Source: Microbacterium sp. (GTDB lineage Bacteria; Actinomycetota; Actinomycetes; Actinomycetales; Microbacteriaceae). Taken from it: a DNA stretch of 64,000 bases. Shown in pieces: positions 45,659 to 55,321 of this stretch. Location of the stretch: positions 15,541 through 79,540 of the forward strand of contig NZ_JASGCY010000061.1 of NCBI RefSeq assembly GCF_047607465.1. The letters run 5' to 3'. Under the pieces are notes generated by a model that was given only the letters and a program-made list of their open reading frames with translations, searched no databases and was not told the DNA's origin. The stretch's first letter is position 1. The number at the start of each line of letters is the position of its first letter. The position numbers and the translations under genes are program-made.

Positions 45659-45964
45659 TCAACGCCCCTCGGCCGCCTCGGTGTGATGCCGGATCACCTC
45701 GGCCACCACGAAGTTGAACCACTTCTCGGCGAACTCGGGGTCGAGATGCGCCGCCTCGGCCAGCGACCGCAGTCGGGCGACCTGCTGCTCTTCACGACCA
45801 GGATCGGATGCCGGCATGGCATGCTCGGCTTTGAGATGACCCACCTGCTGCGTCGCCCGGAATCGCTCGGCGAGCATGAAGATCAGCGCGGCATCGATGT
45901 TGTCGATGCTCGCGCGCAGTCGGAGCAGTTCGGCTTGCGGATCCACGGCGTCGGTCATGGTCAT
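45659..45964 (-). CDS. Chorismate mutase (AroQ class)
   Basis: LRLRASIDNIDAALIFMLAERF motif. 101 aa. Confidence 0.85.
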   Translation of the reverse strand: MTMTDAVDPQAELLRLRASIDNIDAALIFMLAERFRATQQVGHLKAEHAMPASDPGREEQQVARLRSLAEAAHLDPEFAEKWFNFVVAEVIRHHTEAAEGR

Positions 45965-46021
45965 ACTCTACGGTCCCTTGTACGACCGCTCTCGTGAGCG
46001 CTCGAGCGACGAGCAGCCGGT

Positions 46022-47152
46022 TCAGCGAACGGGAAGGAAATGCGTCGGCGTGGGCACCGGCGCCTGATGACGGATGCCGAGGGCGACACCGGTGCGCTCG
46101 TCGAGGTCCAGCAGGGCGATCGTGTCGGAGCGCTGTCCGGCGACGAGCAGCTTGCCCTCGTGCACGAGGTGGTGGCGCGGCCAGTCCACGCCGGATTCGG
46201 CGAGCGCGACCGGCTCCAGGCTCTCGCCGGTGCCGCGCACGCGGAGGGTCGCGATGGTGTTGCTGCCCCGCAGCGCCGTGTAGAGGAACTGCCCGTCGCG
46301 GGAGCGGGCGAGCTCGGCCGGGAAGTCGGCGCCGACCTCGGCGATGGGGCTCGAAAGCACCGATGAGACCACCGCCCAGGTGCCGTCGGGACCGGGCGCG
46401 AGGGTGAACACCTCGCACGAGTACTCGGTGACGACGTGCAGGTGCCCGCTCGGATGCATCACCATGTGCCGGGGCCCAGTGCCCTGGGGCAGCGCGATCT
46501 CGTGGTCGCGTACGAGGCCGCCGGATGCCGAGGCGCGCCAGATCCGCACGAGATCGAACCCGAGGTCGGTCGTGGCGAGGCGTCCGTCGGGCAGGAACAC
46601 CGCGGAGTGCGCATGCGAGACGCGGTCGTCGCCGTCCGCCGCGTACGGATCCGTCGCCGGGGCCCCGTCTCCCGCGCCTCGACCGGCATCCGTCCCCGCC
46701 GTTCCGGACGCCGAGGAACCGTCGTCGTCGGCGAACAACGCCGCGCGCAGCGCCGCCGCGGCATCCGCCTTCGCCGGGACCAGGCGTCCTTCGCCATCGA
46801 TGCCGATGCGCACGACCCGGCCGTCGCCGTAGCAGCTGGCGATGAGGAAGCCGCCGCGCGGCGAGACCGCGAGGTGGCAGACCGCGTCGCCGACCGCGAC
46901 CGGGGCGCCCAGGGGCACCAGCGCGTGCTCGCCGGTGCGGGCGAAGGCCTGCACGGCGGCATCCGCCTCCAGCGCCGCGTAGACGACATCGAGGGTCGGA
47001 TGCTGCGCCAGCCACGACGGCGAAGCCGTCTCGGTCACCGCGCCCCGGTACGACAGGGCGGTCGGCGCCCCCTCGTCACCGGCGAGGAGGCCGATCCCGG
47101 TGGCGGTGCCATCCATGGCGGGTCCGTATCCGCCCAGCCAGAACGTCGTCAT
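46022..47152 (-). CDS. Lactonase, 7-bladed beta-propeller (6-phosphogluconolactonase YbhE-like)
   Basis: GTGPRHMVMHPSG and repeated propeller blade pattern. Carries a low-complexity Gly/Ala/Asp insert. Confidence 0.7.
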   Translation of the reverse strand: MTTFWLGGYGPAMDGTATGIGLLAGDEGAPTALSYRGAVTETASPSWLAQHPTLDVVYAALEADAAVQAFARTGEHALVPLGAPVAVGDAVCHLAVSPRGGFLIASCYGDGRVVRIGIDGEGRLVPAKADAAAALRAALFADDDGSSASGTAGTDAGRGAGDGAPATDPYAADGDDRVSHAHSAVFLPDGRLATTDLGFDLVRIWRASASGGLVRDHEIALPQGTGPRHMVMHPSGHLHVVTEYSCEVFTLAPGPDGTWAVVSSVLSSPIAEVGADFPAELARSRDGQFLYTALRGSNTIATLRVRGTGESLEPVALAESGVDWPRHHLVHEGKLLVAGQRSDTIALLDLDERTGVALGIRHQAPVPTPTHFLPVR

Positions 47153-47155
47153 GCG

Positions 47156-48442
47156 TCAGTCGAGCAGATCGTGACGGACGATGACCTGGTCGCGCTCCGG
47201 CCCCACGCCGATCACCGAGATGCGCGTGTTGCTCATGCTCTCGAGCGCGAGTACGTAATCCTGAGCGGCCTGCGGCAGCTCCTCGAAGGTGCGGGCCTTC
47301 GAGATGTCCTCGCTCCAGCCGGGGTAGTACTCGAGGATCGGCGTCGCGTGGTGGAAGTCGGTCTGGTTGACCGGCACCTCGGCGAAGCGCCGGCCGTCGA
47401 CATCGTAGGCGACGCAGACCGGAATCTGCTCGAGCCCGGTGAGGATGTCGAGCTTGGTGAGCACGAGGTCGGTGATGCCGTTGATGCGCGTCGCATAGCG
47501 GGTGATGGGGGCGTCGTACCAGCCGACGCGACGGGGCCGGCCGGTGGTCGTGCCGAACTCGAAACCCTGCTTGCGCAGCCATTCGCCCTGTTCGTCGAAC
47601 AGCTCGGTGGGGAAGGGGCCGGAGCCGACGCGGGTCGTGTAGGCCTTGACGATGCCGACGATGCGGTCGAGCGATCCGGGGCCGACGCCGGAGCCGGATG
47701 CCGCGCCCGCGGCCGTCGCGGTCGATGAGGTCACGAACGGGTAGGTGCCGTGATCGATGTCGAGCATGGTCGCCTGGCCGCCCTCGAAGACGACGACCTC
47801 GCCGCGGCGGAGGGCTTCAGCGATGAGGTGCCCGGTGTCGGCGACCATCGGTCGCAGCCGCTCGGCGTAGGAGAGGAGCTCGTCGACGATCTCGTCGATG
47901 GTGACGGCGCGGCGGTTGAAGACCTTGACGAGCAGGTGGTTCTTCTGGTCGAGGGCGCCTTCGACCTTCTGACGAAGGATGTTCTCGTCGAAGAGATCCT
48001 GCACGCGGATGCCGACGCGGTTGATCTTGTCGGCGTAGGCCGGGCCGATGCCGCGGCCGGTGGTGCCGATGTTGCGCTTGCCGAGGAAGCGCTCGGTGAC
48101 TTTGTCGAGCGTGCGGTGGTACTGGGTGATGATGTGCGCGCTGGCGCTCACCTTCAGCCGCGAGATGTCGATGCCGCGCGCGCTGAGCGCTTCGAGCTCG
48201 TGGAACAGCACCTCGAGGTCGATGACCACGCCGTTGCCGATGACCGGGGTGACGCCTGGGGAGAGGATGCCGGAGGGAAGCAGGTGCAGGGCGTACTTCT
48301 CGTCGCCGACGACGACGGTGTGCCCGGCGTTGTTGCCGCCGTTGAACTTCACGACCCAGTCGGTGCGCTCGCCGAGCAGGTCGGTCGCCTTGCCCTTGCC
48401 CTCATCGCCCCACTGGACGCCGACGATCACGATTCCTGGCAT
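47156..48442 (-). CDS. purA: Adenylosuccinate synthase
   Basis: [11 protein letters not shown] and NGGNNAGHT. Confidence 0.95.
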   Translation of the reverse strand: MPGIVIVGVQWGDEGKGKATDLLGERTDWVVKFNGGNNAGHTVVVGDEKYALHLLPSGILSPGVTPVIGNGVVIDLEVLFHELEALSARGIDISRLKVSASAHIITQYHRTLDKVTERFLGKRNIGTTGRGIGPAYADKINRVGIRVQDLFDENILRQKVEGALDQKNHLLVKVFNRRAVTIDEIVDELLSYAERLRPMVADTGHLIAEALRRGEVVVFEGGQATMLDIDHGTYPFVTSSTATAAGAASGSGVGPGSLDRIVGIVKAYTTRVGSGPFPTELFDEQGEWLRKQGFEFGTTTGRPRRVGWYDAPITRYATRINGITDLVLTKLDILTGLEQIPVCVAYDVDGRRFAEVPVNQTDFHHATPILEYYPGWSEDISKARTFEELPQAAQDYVLALESMSNTRISVIGVGPERDQVIVRHDLLD

Positions 48443-48683
48443 GGGTCTCCCCCTTGCTTTCGCCGGGCTTGCACCGGCCGATGAGCTGGCCCTGAACGGG
48501 CGGGGACAAGTCTATCGGAGGGGTCGGGCGGGGCCGATGGGGGCGATCAAGTGGCGCATGGCAGCGTTGCGGCAATCCAGCCGGTCGTCAAGGACGGTAG
48601 GACGTCGCCCCGTTGACGAGACCGAGCTCTGGGTAGAGAATTGCGTGAGTAGATAATTGTCTACGCAGAAGGGAGGCCTGCCG

Positions 48684-48944
48684 ATGAGCGGAAGCATCAC
48701 CGTCGGCGAGTTGCGGCAGAATCCGACCCGCATGCTCCGCGAGGTCAAGGCCGGCGCGCGGTATACGATCACCGACCATGGTGAGCCGATCGCGGAAGTC
48801 GCAGCGATCACGCAGAAGCGATGGGTTCCCGCCGAGCAGGTGAACGAGCTCTTGAGCGAGTTGGGTGCAGACGACTCCTGGGCGCACGACATTCAGGCAG
48901 CGCGAACCGCGGAGGACGCAGGCGATCCGTGGCAGGGCGCCTGA
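48684..48944 (+). CDS. Phd/YefM-family antitoxin
   Basis: ITVGELRQNPTRMLREVKAGARYTITDHGEPIAEV. Internal ATG after GGGAGG. Confidence 0.8.
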   Translation: MSGSITVGELRQNPTRMLREVKAGARYTITDHGEPIAEVAAITQKRWVPAEQVNELLSELGADDSWAHDIQAARTAEDAGDPWQGA

Positions 48945-49327
48945 TGAGGGCTGTGCTCGATACAAACCTCCTTGTGGCCGAGGCGCTCACCCACCGAGGC
49001 TACGACGTCGCGGTCGCCTCACTTTCCTGGGCCGAGCTCGGCTACGGTGTGCGAAAGAGCCGTACCGCTGTTGAGCGCGCGCGTCGCGAGTCGCGGGTGC
49101 TTCGCCTCCGTGAGATGTTCGGGGCAGGACTGCCCTTCGACGACGCCGCTGCGGCAGCGTATGAAACGATCTGCGGGCTCGTGCTCGCGAACGGACGTGA
49201 CGTGCGCGGGCGCGTGGTCGATCTCATGATCGCCGCTACTGCCGCGGCGAACGGAGCAACGGTCATCACACGGAACACCGGCGACTTCGTCGGGCTCGAG
49301 GGGTTCGTCGACGTCATCGGCGCGTGA
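48944..49327 (+). CDS. vapC: PIN-domain toxin (VapC-like)
   Basis: VLDTNLL acidic motif and DLMIAATAAANGATVITRNTGDF. Start overlaps the antitoxin stop. Confidence 0.8.
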   Translation: MRAVLDTNLLVAEALTHRGYDVAVASLSWAELGYGVRKSRTAVERARRESRVLRLREMFGAGLPFDDAAAAAYETICGLVLANGRDVRGRVVDLMIAATAAANGATVITRNTGDFVGLEGFVDVIGA

Positions 49328-49381
49328 GGCTGCGGAGCCACTGCCCCTGCAGCGACCTCTGGCCCGCCCCCTCCGCCCGGC

Positions 49382-49530
49382 TCCCGGCATCCGCGGTGGT
49401 CAGAAACGCATGCCCACCGCCCGTCCGAGAGGCATTTTCGACCACCGCGCGGCGCGAAAGAGGCGCGAGAGTCAGGCGGCGACGGCGATGACGACGTCGT
49501 AGAGTCCGCGGAACGCCCTCTCGGCAGCAT
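49382..49530. repeat. Left copy of a long imperfect direct repeat; contains a duplicate of the last ~60 bp of the gntR-like gene at 51012
   Basis: cccggcatccgcggtggtca..gaccac..gaggcgcgagagtcaggcggcgacggcgatgacgacgtcgtagagtccgcggaacgccctctcggcagcatcc matches 50894-51072. Confidence 0.8.
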
Positions 49531-49540
49531 CCTCTCAGCT

Positions 49541-49609
49541 TTCAACTTTTTCCTCTCTCAGATTTCCACTTTTTCCTCTCTGAAATGTCCACTTTTTCCT
49601 CTCTGATAT
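49541..49609. repeat. Three tandem 23-bp direct repeats immediately upstream of the ATPase start (49623)
   Basis: tcaactttttcctctctcagatt / tccactttttcctctctgaaatg / tccactttttcctctctgatatc. Strikingly AT-rich for this genome. Confidence 0.85.
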
Positions 49610-49622
49610 CTAGGATCGGCGC

Positions 49623-50879
49623 ATGGCCGCCTACCTTCCCCGCGTCGTGGACACGCAGATCGCCGAGGCGCTGGCCCACCCAGGAGCCATCGTCCTCGAA
49701 GGGGCGAGAGCCTGCGGAAAGTCGGCGACCGGACGTCAGCACGCGGCGAGCAGCATCCAGCTCGACCTCGATCCGACAGCCGTCCGTCTTGCCGAGCTCG
49801 ACCCGGCCCGGCTGCTCGTCGGAGCCCGACCTCGGTTCATCGACGAGTGGCAGCTCGCGCCGTCCGTCTGGAATCAGGTGCGCGCAGCAGTCGACCGCGA
49901 TGAAGACGGCCGCTTCCTCCTCGCCGGATCCGCTCTGCCTGCCGACGACGCGACGCGCCACTCGGGCGCCGGGCGGATGCTGCGCCTGAGGATGCGCCCG
50001 ATGGCGCTGGGTGAATCCGGCCATTCCTCTGCCGAGATCAGCCTCGCGGCCGTCGTCCGTGCTCCGACCGACTCCGTCTCCGGCGCCTCTCCGATCACGA
50101 TCCCCGAACTCGCGGAACTCACCGCCCGAGGGGGATGGCCAGGACTCCAGAGCCTCTCCCCGAGGCTCGCCTCCGAACGCCTGCGGTCCCATCTCGACGA
50201 CACGGCGAGGATCGACCTCCCCCGCCTCGAGGGGGAGAGCCGACGTGATCCGCAACGTGTGCTGCGCGTCATCCGGGCGCTTGCGCGCAACGTCGGCACC
50301 GAGGCATCGGTCGCCTCCCTCGCGCGCGACTCCTCTGCGGGGGGCGAGCAACCGACCGACGCCACCGTGCAGAACTACCTGGATGCGCTGACCCGGGTCT
50401 TCGTCATCGAGGATCAGCCGTCCTGGGGACCGCACCTGCGCTCAAGGGACAAAGTACGCAAAGCCCCGAAGCGGCACTTCACCGATCCCTCTCTCGCCGT
50501 CGCTGCGGTCGGCGCCGATCCGGACCACCTCCTCGACGACCTTGACTTCTTCGGGCAGGCCTTCGAATCCCTGGTGATCCGCGACCTGCGCACCTATGCC
50601 GCCCCCCTGGGCGGAGTCGTTCAGCACTATCGCGACAGCGCGGGCCGCGAGGTCGACGCGATCGTCGAGCTGCCAGGAGGCGACTGGATCGGTGTGGAGA
50701 TCAAACTCGCCGCATCTCGCGAAGATGAAGCGGCCGCCTCGCTCCAGCGCTTCACCGCGAACATCGACACCTCACGCACCCCTCCGCCGCGTGCCCTGCT
50801 GATCGTCACCGGAGGGCAGTACGGGTACACCCGTGCAGACGGCATCCATGTGGTGCCGATCGGGGCCCTGGCGGCATAG
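49623..50879 (+). CDS. AAA+ ATPase (AAA_14 plus DUF4143 type), paralog 2
   Basis: Walker A GARACGKSA, FIDEWQ, DUF4143-like C-terminal half. Confidence 0.85.
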   Translation: MAAYLPRVVDTQIAEALAHPGAIVLEGARACGKSATGRQHAASSIQLDLDPTAVRLAELDPARLLVGARPRFIDEWQLAPSVWNQVRAAVDRDEDGRFLLAGSALPADDATRHSGAGRMLRLRMRPMALGESGHSSAEISLAAVVRAPTDSVSGASPITIPELAELTARGGWPGLQSLSPRLASERLRSHLDDTARIDLPRLEGESRRDPQRVLRVIRALARNVGTEASVASLARDSSAGGEQPTDATVQNYLDALTRVFVIEDQPSWGPHLRSRDKVRKAPKRHFTDPSLAVAAVGADPDHLLDDLDFFGQAFESLVIRDLRTYAAPLGGVVQHYRDSAGREVDAIVELPGGDWIGVEIKLAASREDEAAASLQRFTANIDTSRTPPPRALLIVTGGQYGYTRADGIHVVPIGALAA

Positions 50880-50893
50880 CCCCGCGGCCCGTG

Positions 50894-51072
50894 CCCGGCA
50901 TCCGCGGTGGTCAAGAACGCATCCCCCTCGCCGAAACGGGAGGCGCTTTTGACCACGGCACGGCGAGCACGGCGAGCGCGGCGCAAGAGAGGCGCAAGAG
51001 AGGCGCGAGCGTCAGGCGGCGACGGCGAGGCCGACGTCGTAGAGTCCGCGGAACGCCTTCTCGGCAGCATCC
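50894..51072. repeat. Right copy of the long direct repeat (overlaps the true 3' end of the gntR-like gene and its downstream hairpin)
   Basis: See 49382-49530. This copy carries an extra ~30 bp internal expansion (ggcgcaagagaggcgcaagagaggcgcgag). Confidence 0.8.
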
Positions 51073-51704
51073 GCATCGCCGAGCATCATGGCGTCGCGCG
51101 TCGCGCGCAGCAGGTCGCTGCGGTTCGACATCGCGGAACCGTCGGACTGCGCGTGCTTCAGATTGCGCGCCACGAGCAGGCTCGTCTCGTGCATCATGGC
51201 CCTGAAGATCGGGTTGCGGGTGCGGGCGACGAGGTACTCCACGAACGCGAGCGACTCGACGACGAGCCCCTCCTGATCATCACCATCGGATGCTGCGATG
51301 AGCCGGTCGAGCAGCGAGACCGCCTCGACGAGCTGGGCAGCATCCATCCGGCGCATCGCCAGGTGCAGCGCGACGCCCGCCTGCATACCCATGTGCTCGA
51401 GCGTGCTGAGCACCTGGTCGTCGGTGATGTCGGTGACCCGGGTGTAACGGCTGGGAGCGACCTCGACGAGGCCCACCCAGGTGAGTCGCTGCAACGCCTC
51501 ACGCACCGGCGTGCGCGAGATGCCGAGGGCTGCGGCGAGTTCCTTGTCGTTGACCCGCTCGCCGGGTTCGAGGGTGCCGTCGACGATGGCGTGGCCGACG
51601 ATGTCGAAGATCTGGCTCGACAGCGCGGCACCGTCGGCGCTGACAGGGCTCAATCGTTCATCGAGCGAGATGTCGGAATCAGTCATGGTCGATACCGCTT
51701 TCAT
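51012..51704 (-). CDS. GntR-family regulator (FadR/FCD subfamily)
   Basis: LGISRTPVREALQRLTWVGLVEV plus a helical C-terminal domain. Start may be 51686. Confidence 0.85.
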   Translation of the reverse strand: MKAVSTMTDSDISLDERLSPVSADGAALSSQIFDIVGHAIVDGTLEPGERVNDKELAAALGISRTPVREALQRLTWVGLVEVAPSRYTRVTDITDDQVLSTLEHMGMQAGVALHLAMRRMDAAQLVEAVSLLDRLIAASDGDDQEGLVVESLAFVEYLVARTRNPIFRAMMHETSLLVARNLKHAQSDGSAMSNRSDLLRATRDAMMLGDADAAEKAFRGLYDVGLAVAA

Positions 51705-51847
51705 TCCTGGGTGCGTCCCGGTCCCCTCGTGACGCGGGCAAGATCCTACGCCCCGAACCTTCAGGATTCCCTGTCAGGATCATGCGGATAACCTGGTGCG
51801 GGGGATCATCGGATGCTGTCCCCCCTGCGTCGAGGAGGAGACACCAG

Positions 51848-52945
51848 ATGAACGAGCCGCACACGCCCGGCGCCCCCGCGGGATCGACGCCGCCTCCCCC
51901 GCCCCCGGCCCCGCCGGCAGCCGCAGGGACCCGGGCCCCGTCTACAGGCGCAGGGGCCCAAGCCCCGTCGGCCGACGAGCTCGCCCGCGCCGGCCGGGTG
52001 CTGAACACCATCGCCGAGGCGTACTCGGCGAAGATGGTCGGCCAGGACCGCCTGCGCATGAGCCTGCTCATCTCGCTGATCGCCGGCGGCCACATCCTGC
52101 TCGAGAGCGTGCCGGGGCTCGCGAAGACCACGGCCGCCAGCACGCTGTCCGACACGGTCAGGGCCTCCTTCAAGCGCATCCAGTGCACCCCCGATCTGCT
52201 CCCGAGCGATATCACCGGCAACCAGATCTACGACGCGGCGACCGGATCGTTCCGCACGGTGCTCGGCCCGGTGCACGCGAACTTCGTGCTGCTCGACGAG
52301 ATCAACCGCTCCAGCGCCAAGACGCAGAGCGCCATGCTCGAGGCGATGCAGGAGCACCAGACCACGATCGGCGGCGAGATCCACCACCTGCCCAAGCCCT
52401 TCCTCGTGATCGCGACGCAGAACCCCATCGAGCAGGAGGGCACCTACGAGCTGCCAGAGGCGCAGATGGACCGGTTCCTCCTCAAGGAGATCGTCGAGTA
52501 CCCGAGCCCTGCCGAGGAGTTCGAGATCCTCGGACGCATCGACTCCGGCGTGCTCGACCCCGACCGTCACATCGAGAGCGCGGTCACCCTCGACGACGTG
52601 CGGATGCTGCAGGAGATCGCGAGCCGCATCTACGTCGACCCTGCGATCCGCAACTACATCGTCTCGATCGCCTACGTCACCCGCAACCCCGCGCCGTACA
52701 TCGGCGAGGAGCGCGCCCGCTACATCAAGTACGGTGCGAGCCCCCGCGCGAGCATCGCCTTCCTGCAAGCGTCGCGCGCGCTCGCGCTCCTGAACGGACG
52801 CACCCACGTGCTCCCGGAGGACATCCGGTCGCTGCGGCACCTCGTGCTGCGTCACCGCGTGCTGCTCACCTTCGAAGCGGATGCCGAGGGCATCCGCAGC
52901 GAGGAGATCATCGACCAGATCTTCGCCGCGGTGCCGACCCCCTGA
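51848..52945 (+). CDS. MoxR-family AAA+ ATPase
   Basis: Internal ATG after GAGGAGGAG. GHILLESVPGLAKT and LLDEINRSSAKTQSAMLEAMQE. Confidence 0.92.
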   Translation: MNEPHTPGAPAGSTPPPPPPAPPAAAGTRAPSTGAGAQAPSADELARAGRVLNTIAEAYSAKMVGQDRLRMSLLISLIAGGHILLESVPGLAKTTAASTLSDTVRASFKRIQCTPDLLPSDITGNQIYDAATGSFRTVLGPVHANFVLLDEINRSSAKTQSAMLEAMQEHQTTIGGEIHHLPKPFLVIATQNPIEQEGTYELPEAQMDRFLLKEIVEYPSPAEEFEILGRIDSGVLDPDRHIESAVTLDDVRMLQEIASRIYVDPAIRNYIVSIAYVTRNPAPYIGEERARYIKYGASPRASIAFLQASRALALLNGRTHVLPEDIRSLRHLVLRHRVLLTFEADAEGIRSEEIIDQIFAAVPTP

Positions 52946-52975
52946 CCCTCACGACGAGCCCGGACCCACGCCTCT

Positions 52976-53863
52976 ATGCCCAGCCTGATCACGCAGGTGA
53001 AGAGCAAGCTCTTCATCCACTCGTCGCGGAAGTCGCTGCACGCGCTCGACGGCGCCTACGCGTCGCTGCTGCACGGGCGAAGCCTCGACTTCGAAGACCT
53101 GCGCAAGTACGAGTACGGCGATCAGGTGCGCGACATCGACTGGCGGGCGACCGCCAGGCAGGGCACCCCGCTGGTCAAGCGCCACCGCGCGCAGCGCATG
53201 CACACGATCCTCTTCGCCGTGGACACGGGGCGGTCGATGTCGGCGCTCGCCCACGATGAGCGGTCGAAGAAGGAGCTCGCGATCCTCGCCGCCGGCGCGC
53301 TCGGATTCCTGAGCCTGCGCCACGGCGACGACTTCACCACCGTGTACGGCGACGCCGCCGGCATCCGCCGTCTCGCCCCCGGCCGCAGCGAGGGGGCCCT
53401 CGAGCACGCCCTGCGCACGATCGACCGCGCGATCGACACCAGCCGCGCGCCGAGCGATCGCGACGCCCTGCTGTCGTACCTCACCCGCAACATCTCCCGC
53501 CGCATGATCGTCGTGATCGTCACCGACGAGGCGCCGATCACCGACGAGACGGAACGGATGCTGCGCCGGCTGCGCGTGCAGCACGACGTGCTGTGGCTCA
53601 CCGTGCGCGACGCCGACGTGGTGCTCGAGCATGCGGCGAGCGCAACCCGCACCGACGTCGACACCCTGTGGGACGTGCCGGACTTCGTGCAGGGCGACCC
53701 CGAGATCGTGCGCGAGCTCACGGCGCAGACCCGGGCCGAGGCCGCGCAGCTCGCCGAGATCCTCCGGCGCCTGGAGATCAGCCACGCGGTGCTCGACGGT
53801 CAGGACGATGCCGTCTCGCAGCTGCTGCAGCTGCTGAACCGGAGGTCGCATGACCGGCTCTGA
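52976..53863 (+). CDS. DUF58 domain protein
   Basis: LDFEDLRKYEYGDQVRDIDWRATAR hallmark. Confidence 0.88.
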   Translation: MPSLITQVKSKLFIHSSRKSLHALDGAYASLLHGRSLDFEDLRKYEYGDQVRDIDWRATARQGTPLVKRHRAQRMHTILFAVDTGRSMSALAHDERSKKELAILAAGALGFLSLRHGDDFTTVYGDAAGIRRLAPGRSEGALEHALRTIDRAIDTSRAPSDRDALLSYLTRNISRRMIVVIVTDEAPITDETERMLRRLRVQHDVLWLTVRDADVVLEHAASATRTDVDTLWDVPDFVQGDPEIVRELTAQTRAEAAQLAEILRRLEISHAVLDGQDDAVSQLLQLLNRRSHDRL

Positions 53864-54344
53864 CGAACTGTACCCCCCGTTCCAGTACTCGGGGTGGTGG
53901 ATGCTGCTCGCCTTCGGCATCCTGATCGTGCTCGTGCTCGCGGCGTGGCTCCTGATCTTCTTCACGCGTCCCCGTCACGCCGTCAGCGAGATCGACCAGA
54001 CAGCGCCCTGGCCGCAGGTGCTGACGATGGACGTGCTCTCGCAGCTGCGTGTCGAGTACCTCGAGCGCATCCAACAGATCGAGGACGACTACCGCGCACG
54101 ACGCCTCTCGGCCCGCAACGCGAACCTCGAGTACAGCCGCGTCGTGCGCACCTTCGTCAACGAGTACAGCGGCCTCGAGGCGCCGGTGCTCGCCCTCGGC
54201 GACCTCGTCGAGCGCGGCGTGCACCCGGCCCTCATCGACGCGATGGGCAGGCACTTCTACCCGGGCATCTTCCGTCCAGGCCCCTCGATCGATCCGATCG
54301 CCGGCGCCGAGGCTGCGCGGACGGTGGTGCGCACATGGCACTAG
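53850..54344 (+). CDS. Single-TM membrane protein, hypothetical (Bat-like operon member)
   Basis: 14-nt overlap with the DUF58 gene. TM WWMLLAFGILIVLVLAAWLLIFF. Confidence 0.65.
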   Translation: MTGSDELYPPFQYSGWWMLLAFGILIVLVLAAWLLIFFTRPRHAVSEIDQTAPWPQVLTMDVLSQLRVEYLERIQQIEDDYRARRLSARNANLEYSRVVRTFVNEYSGLEAPVLALGDLVERGVHPALIDAMGRHFYPGIFRPGPSIDPIAGAEAARTVVRTWH

Positions 54345-55321
54345 CGAACGGATGGCTGATCCTCGCCGCCGTCGGACTGCTCGTCGCCGCGGTGGTCGTC
54401 GGGCTCCTCCTGGGGCTGCGCGGTGGCACGCGCGCAGCGCCGGGCGAACGCGCCCGCATCGCCCGCGCGGAGAGGCTGCGCGCGCTGCCGACGTTCCGCT
54501 CGGCGCTGCGCCGCCGCGCGCTCGGGCTCACCGGCATCCTCGCTCTCGGCGCCGTCGCCGTCCTCGCCACCGGCGTCGTCGCCGCCCGTCCGATGTCGTC
54601 GCAGACGATCCAGCCCGTCAACACCAGCCGCGACATCATGCTGTGCCTCGATGTGTCCGGTTCGATGAGCGAGGTCGACGTCGAAGTGCTCAGCGTGTTC
54701 GAGGACCTGCTCGAAGGCTTCAAGGGCGAGCGCATCGGGCTCACCATCTTCAACAGCTCGCCGGTGCAGATCTTCCCCCTCACCGACGACTACGAGTTCA
54801 TCCGCGAGCACCTGGAGCAGATCCGCGAGAGCTTCGACTACATCGAAGAGGTCCCAGAGCACTGGGTGGGCACGCTCAACGGAGACGGGGCCTCGCTCAT
54901 CGGCGACGGCCTCGCGGCGTGCGCCATGGCCTTCGACCACCCCGACGACGACCGGAGCCGCTCGGTGATCCTCGCCACCGACAACGAGGTCAACGGCGCC
55001 TCGATCGTCACGGTCGCCGAGGCCGCCGCCTACGCCGAGGCGAACGGGGTGCGCGTGTTCGCGATCAACCCGGTGCAGGGCATCGACACCGAGATCAGCG
55101 CCGAGCTCACCGACGCCGCCGTCAGCACTGGGGGCCAGTCCTACGCGCTGCGCGACACGACGACCGTCGGCGACATCGTCACCGAGGTGCAGAAGCAGGA
55201 CGCCACCGAGCTCAAGGGGCAGGCGCAGGTCGTGTGGACCGACAGCCCGAACCTGTGGATCGTCGTGATGATGGCCGCGGTCCTCGGCTTCGTCGTGCTG
55301 TCCTGGAGGGTGAAGCTGTGA
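54335..55321 (+). CDS. von Willebrand factor A domain membrane protein (BatA-like)
   Basis: MIDAS LCLDVSGSM with N- and C-terminal TM segments. Start overlaps the upstream stop. Confidence 0.85.
   Translation: MALANGWLILAAVGLLVAAVVVGLLLGLRGGTRAAPGERARIARAERLRALPTFRSALRRRALGLTGILALGAVAVLATGVVAARPMSSQTIQPVNTSRDIMLCLDVSGSMSEVDVEVLSVFEDLLEGFKGERIGLTIFNSSPVQIFPLTDDYEFIREHLEQIRESFDYIEEVPEHWVGTLNGDGASLIGDGLAACAMAFDHPDDDRSRSVILATDNEVNGASIVTVAEAAAYAEANGVRVFAINPVQGIDTEISAELTDAAVSTGGQSYALRDTTTVGDIVTEVQKQDATELKGQAQVVWTDSPNLWIVVMMAAVLGFVVLSWRVKL

Noticed and set aside
45228-45686. 152-aa plus-strand and 75-aa minus-strand ORFs in the CHAT/chorismate mutase gap
   Set aside because: They show no codon-bias support and overlap the end of the CHAT gene and the hairpins. 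They are better explained as noncoding structured DNA or RNA.
49541-49609. Possible CRISPR array (this tandem repeat, the 7462-7527 repeats and the family A/B palindromes)
   Set aside because: The units are contiguous with no spacers, there are only three copies, and the palindromic elements are dispersed singly. There are no cas genes in the window.
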